DNA of 64,000 nucleotides from Plasmodiophora brassicae (Eukaryota): NCBI GenBank assembly GCA_036867785.1, contig CP145427.1, positions 310,001 to 374,000 of the forward strand, read 5' to 3'. Shown piece by piece: positions 56,858 to 64,000 of this stretch (position 1 is its first letter; each line of letters starts with the position of its first letter). The notes under the pieces were generated by a model. It saw only the letters and a program-made list of their open reading frames with translations, ran no database searches and was not told where the DNA came from. The position numbers and the translations under genes were made by a program.

Positions 56858-59235
56858 ATGGGATCACGCGGACCGTCGGCCGGGTCCCTGGGTCGGGCGA
56901 TTCGAGATTACTGTGCCGAACATATGCAGGATCCCCGCTGGCTGCTCACCGGATTCGTCGGCGTCTGCTCGGCGGCGTTGATCATTGCGGCGAAGATCAA
57001 GCGGGCGAAGGTATGCGCCGGTGGGGTCGGCGTCTGGAACCTTTGTCTAAATACTGCCCGCTAGTACCTGTCGGTGCCCAAGAATTCAATCGTCCGCTGG
57101 AAGTTCGACGAGGTTGTGCAAATTCGACGAGTTCGCCTGCACCGCCCTGATTCTGCAGCTAGATGGAGATTACAGAAGCGCCTATCGCCCCGGACACAGT
57201 TGACGCGCTGGTATTGAAGCTGAAGCACAAGCGGAGCATCACGTTCTACGACCTCATCAGAGCCATCGAGCGGATTGGCGTTGACGATCGCATCAAAGCC
57301 TTCCACGTCGATTTCTCGACGTCTGGCCGCGAAGGGCAACAGGTCCACATCACGCTTGCGCAAGTGCAGGAGCTCCATTCGGCCATCAGAGCACTTCGAG
57401 CCATGAAGGATGCCCGCCTGGGGTCCGGTGCATTCGAGCTTGTCGCTTACACTGACACATTCGAAAGCCAACTCCACGTACACATTCTCTTATGTATCCC
57501 TCTACCTGCTATCTGATTCCGTTGCAATAGTACCTTCTCGCAAGTGCTTTCGACACCCGAATCTCCATGGAACCGCTCGGATTCTTCACCATGCACGGCG
57601 TGGTCTCGGAGCGAATGGTTCGTGTACGACTGGAATGAACCAACAACTACTTATACGGGTCCTCTTAGTTCTTTGGTGGCGTGTTCGAGAAGCTGGGCAT
57701 CACGATGAAAAACTACTCGGTTGGGAAGTGGAAAGGCGCTCTGAACACGCTTTGCGACAGCGACTATACCCCTGAACTTCGGGAAGAGATGACGCGCATT
57801 ACTGCATGCCTGAACAATCAGTTCAGCAAGACCATCAGTGATACCCGCAAGATTGCACTTGACCAGGTGTTTCCTATTCCGTAAACGCTGGCCTCGCATT
57901 GGCTGACGAGAGTGGTCCTATGTAGGTTCGGCAACTGACTCAGCAAGGCCCGATGTTGTCAGCGTCGCGCTGTTTCCAGCATCGTCTTGTCGACGCCCTT
58001 GAATTCAAGAAGGATCGTCTGCCTGTGTCACATGACGCCCTGACAAAGGCCCAGAAGAAATCGTCGCGACCCGTTGTCAACCTTTCCCGCTTGCTGGATA
58101 TATGCCAGGCGCACCCGAAGCTTCCCTCGAAGGCCTCTTCCGTTGGCGTCGCTCTGATCTATTTCAGCGGGTTGGTCATGCGCGGAGAGCACCGCTTCGC
58201 TGCATCCTCTGTGGCGAACGCGCTGATTGTGGCCGGACGCGACAAGAACGTGCACGCTATTGTATTCCGACTTGGTACGGGCGCACCAGTGCTTCCGTCC
58301 TGTCCGCTTGCTAACATGACATGCAAGATTCGCGAGGAGGCGATCCCATTGCATCCGACACGATCCTGAACGCAATCGAATACGTTCAAGACGCTCTCGG
58401 CAAGCCTGTTGTTGCCAGCTTCGGGTCCGTTGCGGCCTCCGGCGGATACTTCATCGCGTCGTCTGCTGCCAGGATCGTTGCCAACCCAGGTTTGATGTAC
58501 GCGATCTCCTGCAATGTGAAGCTAACCAGAATTTGCTTCCTGCAGGAACTCTAACCGGATCGATCGGGCTCGCAATGCTGCATCCAGTTGTTCAACAGAG
58601 CACGATGGACAAGATAGGCGCTAATGTGCACGAGATTCCCGAGACGCCTGCCCGACTTAGTGTGTTTCGGGATTTGGATGCCAATGGACAAGAACGACTG
58701 AAGGAGTTCAGCGAAGAACTATATCGGGAATTTGTCCAGAGGGTCGCAACTGGCAGAAACAAGTCGTACGACGAGATCCATGCCATTGCTCAAGGGCACG
58801 TCTGGACCGGCGAGGAGGCTTTGGCGAATGGGCTGGTTGACGCCGTAGGTTGGTACTTCTTGTCTGCGTGCCAAGTGCTTCTATTGACCCACCTTTACAG
58901 GCGGTCTCAAGGAATCTATCGAGATTGCTGCGAGCCTTGCTCGGGAGAAGCTCGACGAGAAGCAGCGTCTGAAGCGGGTTCACCATCGGTTGAATTCATT
59001 GCCATAACTGCAAGTGCTTCGCGCCTCTAATACGCGTCTCAGTGTTACTGTGTTCCCGAAGCCCGTGCCCCTGCTCCAGCGCTTGCTCAAGGCACAAACA
59101 ACGCAGGACGAATTCATTAGCCTGTCTGCTCGACTATACATGTACGGGCTTGCGATTGGACGTGTGGCCTTGGGGGACGCCGTTGACCAAGTCCGATGTC
59201 AACTGGCGTACAACACCGGTTTGCACCTCATGTAG
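56858..59235 (+). CDS. sppA: Signal peptide peptidase SppA (protease IV, S49), two-domain type, multi-exon
   Basis: N-terminal TM; DDRIKA; VGKWKGA; DSRGGDPIASDTI; KPVVASFGSVAASGGYFIA...ANPG|TLTGSIG; IAQGHVWTGEEALANGLVD. Confidence 0.9.
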
Positions 59236-59528
59236 GAGAACAGGGTCACATCCTTCCCGCTTCGCGCCTGAGTGTATTCGGATTCGCACTCGAGACAACC
59301 GCTGCGCAAAGCATCGCCCAGATACAATTTCCGCGATTTATCGCGATTATCGCAACAGCGAGATGGTTTCTCGTGCTGCCTGCTACGATAGTGCTCCCAG
59401 TTGTTTCGTACGTAATCTACTTATGTGCCCATCTGCCAATCATTTTGTGTATCGCTGGTTGTTTACTGCAATGAGTACGTTGGCACACTGGACTGCAAGC
59501 TGGTGAGTCAGCTAGTCTGACGTAGACG

Positions 59529-60299
59529 TCAATGATGCCAGTAATCGCGAAGCAACGACACGCTCTGGCTATCGCACTTTTCGTGAGCCAATTGCCACGC
59601 TGCCTGTTTGTCTTCGTCATCAATCAAGCCGGACAGCAGCAGGGTCTTGACGACGGTGCTGTGTCCACGTAGAATGGCTTTGTACAACGGAGTCTGACCA
59701 CGGGCATCACGCAAACTGACCGCAACGCGCTGGCCGTGAGATCTGATGTTCAGCAGCTCATCGATAACGTCACTGTGTCCACCTTCTGCTGCAAGGTGCA
59801 AGGGTGTCATCCGTCTCTCGTCGATTGGGTCAATGTTGACACGGCTGCCCAGCAGAATCCGGACAGCGAGATCGTGTCCATTCTTAGCGGCGTGGTGCAG
59901 TGGCGTTTGATCAAGTTCCTTATCTGGGGTGGTCAGTGGAATACCATCGATTGCCGCCAACAGCTCCAAGACTGCGGTATTGCCACTGGATGCGGCCCAG
60001 ATCAAGACATTGGGACTTCCGTGCCATTTGACTCCATCGATGAACCTGGATTTACGATCGTCAATTTCGCCACCGCTCAGACCGTGGTGGATCGCATTAG
60101 CAACTGTCTCCCTGCGAATATCTCCCGAAGCTGCCACCAAAAGTTGCTCCATACCTGAAGCGGCCCAATCCGGGACATCGTAGGAGTACATAACGGTGAC
60201 GACAGCCTCGACGTCGCGGCCATTGAACAGGAACAGCAGAGCCAGGGACAGAGATATAGCTGTGCGCCCGAGGCGAATCCAAATATTGACGATGGACAT
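59529..60299 (-). CDS. Intronless secreted ankyrin-repeat protein (effector candidate)
   Basis: Hydrophobic leader (AISLSLALLFLF); DQTPLHHAAKNGH, MTPLHLAAEGGH, GQTPLYKAILRGH. Confidence 0.88.
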   Translation of the reverse strand: MSIVNIWIRLGRTAISLSLALLFLFNGRDVEAVVTVMYSYDVPDWAASGMEQLLVAASGDIRRETVANAIHHGLSGGEIDDRKSRFIDGVKWHGSPNVLIWAASSGNTAVLELLAAIDGIPLTTPDKELDQTPLHHAAKNGHDLAVRILLGSRVNIDPIDERRMTPLHLAAEGGHSDVIDELLNIRSHGQRVAVSLRDARGQTPLYKAILRGHSTVVKTLLLSGLIDDEDKQAAWQLAHEKCDSQSVSLLRDYWHH

Positions 60300-61013
60300 T
60301 GTGCACCTTGAGGCTTGAAAGAACTTGGAAATGTGCGGAACTCGGCTCCCACGGAACTTAAACAATCGACGTGCGCGATGGCAGAACAACTGCAGAAAGA
60401 TTTAGCAGCCCGAGCACTGCCGCGGCTGCGAAAGCCAATTCCAGAATGCCACGTCAGCCAATCACGGACACCGCCACGGTCTGCGGTTTCGAGGTCGGAT
60501 GCGCGGGGAGGCGGCGCAGAACCTGACCGAGTGTTAGGGCGCCCTCCGTATTCTGCTTTGAGGACGCGCCAATCTCCGGGCTTGTTTGCGCGCCGCGTGC
60601 GTCTCATGATGCCAGGAATAGCGTCGCAGTCGAGGGGCCCGCGCAATTGCTCCGCAGTCCGCAGAGCTCCTCACGCGTCCGCGCCTCAGGTCACGGACTC
60701 CGGAGCGTGATCTCAGCAATGTGGGCCCATCGCCCTCTAGCATGCATAATCCTGAATTTGCATGCATTGCCCCCAGAATGAATTAACTCGATAACAGTGG
60801 ATAAAAACCGGGATCAGCTTACTATCGCCAATGGGCAGTCGAGACCTGAAATATGGCCGGGTACCGTAAGGATATTAGTTGCAGAATAGGGGAGCCGTCT
60901 TCCACTCGGGGGACTGCTATACGTATCAGAACGCCTAGTGATAGGGGAACCAGGCGCCATCCGGCGCGCAACGCTTCCAGAAACGTACGGGCGCCCTGAC
61001 ATTTGCCGTCGTC

Positions 61014-64000
61014 ATGGCGAAACCTTCCCGTGCGCTGGCGTCGTCGTCGTCGTCGTCGGCGGCGGCGGCGGTGTGCTCTCGTGCACAGGCCCAGCAGCCG
61101 ATCAAAAACGTCGGTCGGGCGGCCCGGTCCGGACCGGATCGGATCTCGTAATCGCCAGGACGAATGGCCCATGAGAATGCGCTGGACTTGCCGGACGTCG
61201 TTGTCGTTCACGATATTGCCGCCGGCGCCGATGCGGAGCCGGCGCCGCCGCCACCGCTGGAGACCGCCGGCCTGTTCGCCACGTTGTTCATGACGTTCAT
61301 GAACGGCGTCCTGGCCGTGGGCGCGACGCGGCCGCTCCTGCAGACCGACATTGATCGGCTGCCGTCCGCCGACACCGTCGCCGCCGTGTTCCCCGGCTTC
61401 AGCGCTGCCTGGACGGTACGACGACAACGATCGCGCGTTGCGGCACGTGCCTGATCGATTCGGCGGGCGCGGCGCAGGAATGCCAGTCGACGTCGGCGAG
61501 CCCATCGCTGCTCTGGGCCATAGTTCGCACGTTCTGGCGCCGGTGTGCTGCGGCGGGCGTTGGGCAGTTCCTGTCGAACGCGTTCGCGTTGTCGATCCCG
61601 TTCCTGGTCAAGGATTTCGTCGAGTTCCTCATGGCCGACAGGGACAATGCTGCACGAGGCCTCGCTGACGTCGCAGGGATTTTCGTTGCCAACCTGCTTA
61701 GCTCGATCTGTCAGGTATGCCGTCCAGCTGGCGCCGGTTCTGTCTCGCGACACGCTCACCGAATGTGGGTGTCATTGCAGAACAATTCGTTCTACCATGT
61801 CGTGCGTTGTGCCGGAATGGTTCGCGAGGCGGTGATGGCCGCGATCTACGAGAAGAGCCTGAGGCTGAGCGCCACGTCCAGAATGGCAACCAGCACTGGG
61901 CAAACAGTCAACCTGATGGTATGCGCGCCGTCCATGAGCGAAGAACTTACGAACTGAGGGCCATCTGTTGACCATGTGCAGAGTGCCGATGCGTCCAGAG
62001 TGTACGACGCTGTCATCTACGTTCACTTTCTTTGGACCGCGCCCCTGACGATCATTGCCGGTACGAACGTCGTGGGTCACCCGGCATGGACACTGACGTG
62101 GCCGGCGTTTTCAGTTGCCGTCACGTTGCTGTACTATTATGGGGTCGCGGCGGCCGCTGGGATTGCTGTACTGGCCCTCCTCGTTCCGCTGCAAATGCAG
62201 TTCACCTGGCTGGCAGCGACCCTTCGTCGCGCCATGTTGAAGAGCACTGACCACCGGATCATGTTTACCACTGAGCTCCTATCCGGGATCCGAACCGTTA
62301 AACAGTACGATCTCGTTGCCGTCAACCGACGTATTCGAGGTTCTTATCCGCTGCAGGTATGCCTGGGAGGGCCATGCTGCGAAGAGGGTTGCTGCTCTTC
62401 GCGACGCCGAGCTAGTGTCGCTGCAGACGATGCAGTTTGTCAACCTGCTTAGCACGTCACTCGTGACGGTTTGGCCCTGCATTGTGTCTTCCGTTATTTT
62501 CATCGTCCTGGTTCGGCTCGGGAACCCGTTCACGTTCGTCGCGGTCCGTCGCTCTCTGTGGCAGGCACGACGTCGTCGTGGCATTACAGCGTTTGTTCTG
62601 CCCAGGTCTTTTTCGTACTGGCGTTGCTGGTGTCGATTCGGTTCCCCATCAGCCTGTTGCAGAAGGCGATCCAAACCGGAGTTGACGGTATGGTCTCGCT
62701 GAATCGGTCAGTGCCACGAGCTGAACAATTGCTATCCCATCTCCCTCGTACTGACCTAACGTTGTACATAGGATCTCGGTGTTCCTTTCCCTTGCAGAAA
62801 TATGCCCATACGTCACCCACGACGATCCACGTTTCCCGATCGGGGCAGTCGTCCTCGAGTCTTGCAATTTCCGGTAAGCGAACCGCATCGTGGTCGGGTA
62901 TGCAGGCGCTGTTAAATAACAGAAATATCGTCCAAGGTGGGACCAGGCGGTCGTTCTGCGTAACGTCTCGCTCAGCGTTGGCCCCGGCGCGCTGGTGGCG
63001 GTGGTCGGGCCGGTGGCGACCGGCAAGTCGTCATTGCTGAACGCCATCCTTGGGGAAATGCACCTTGAGAGCGGCTCTGTCACCGTGAATGGATCAGTGG
63101 CGTACTCCAGTCAGACTTCTTGGATCAGAAACAGGTTCGGCCGGCTGGCCTGATCCGTTTCACTGTGAGAACGGCTGTCTGTAGAACCGTCAAAGACAAT
63201 ATTGTCTTTGGAGCGAAATTCGACCAAGTCAAATATTCGTCTGTGCTCGCCGCCTCTGCATTGCTTCCTGATCTGGCTGTGCTTCCTGGGGGCGATCAAA
63301 CTGAGATCGGCGAGCAGGTACGTACCTGAATATTGCATTGTGCGATCGCATCGCCCACAACGATGCCCACCTGCACAGGGAATCAATCTGAGCGGCGGCC
63401 AGAAGGCGCGCATCATGTTCGCTCGCGCCTTGTATTCGGCAAGGGATATCACCCTGCTGGACGACCCATTCGCGGCGGTCGATATGGTGACGGGCGACGT
63501 CATGTTCCGTCAGGGCGTCAAGGGGGTCCTGTCGCGAAGCACGCGTATCGTGACACTCAACTCGCACATGCACTTTCTTCACGATGTGGATCTGATCGTG
63601 GTCATGGAAACGACCACCGACGACAGTACCGACGTTCTTCACCTACGTGTCCTTCGTGTTCTGACGTTCGCAAATAGGTTCGTCGTCAATCGCATCGGTA
63701 TTTGACAACTACAACGACTTCCTCAGCTCATACCCCGCCCTGGCTACCGAAGACAACGGTTACTGCATGTCTTGCGTCCTGCCAATTGTGTCGGGCTGAA
63801 CAGTTTACGAACAGCCTCTCAGCGAGGTTCGGATTCGGCTGCGGTCGCCATCGCCGAGTCAAATGGCAATGCTGCTCCTTCCAGCACGGTTCAGACAGTG
63901 CTTGTTGCCGCTGAGCAGCAACAGGTAACGGACCTGCAGCGTGTCCTTCCCCTGGTTATCGATGCGCGACCTGTGTTAGATTGGCCATGTTCGTCAAGAA
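61014..64000 (+). CDS. ABCC/MRP-type ABC transporter, 5' part (TMD1 + NBD1), multi-exon, runs off the window
   Basis: [11 protein letters not shown]...[34 protein letters not shown], Walker [43 protein letters not shown]. Confidence 0.92.

Overview
Gene-dense, GC-rich eukaryotic DNA with many short (~50-60 nt) GT-AG introns. The intron size, intronless secreted ankyrin genes and GPI-type GH18 chitinases resemble a plasmodiophorid protist such as Plasmodiophora brassicae; this is inference and was not verified. Housekeeping genes: 3' end of a USP5/UBP14-type deubiquitinase, UFM1, cytochrome c1, an ABC-F protein, homomeric acetyl-CoA carboxylase, SppA protease, the 5' part of an ABCC transporter and two identical tRNA-Asp(GTC) genes. 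Unusual content: (1) a secreted LRR gene invisible in the ORF track, with 11 symmetric exons that each encode one repeat; (2) two intronless bacterial-type MscL channel genes with a C-terminal zinc ribbon, plus a decayed third copy; (3) a TA-flanked pogo-like DNA transposon with an apparently intact spliced SHOCT-C2H2-HTH-DD34D transposase; (4) an inverted pair of chitinase genes with patchy identity around an inner ~400 bp inverted repeat; (5) a PolX-like protein lacking its catalytic aspartates; (6) an ArfGAP-DENN-IQ protein with a NACK/DUF3490-like tail; (7) a HERC-like giant protein whose HECT-like end lacks the C-lobe; (8) candidate secreted effectors (three ankyrin-like proteins and a 16-Cys peptide). 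All domain calls are by-eye motif recognition, and exon boundaries were read manually.
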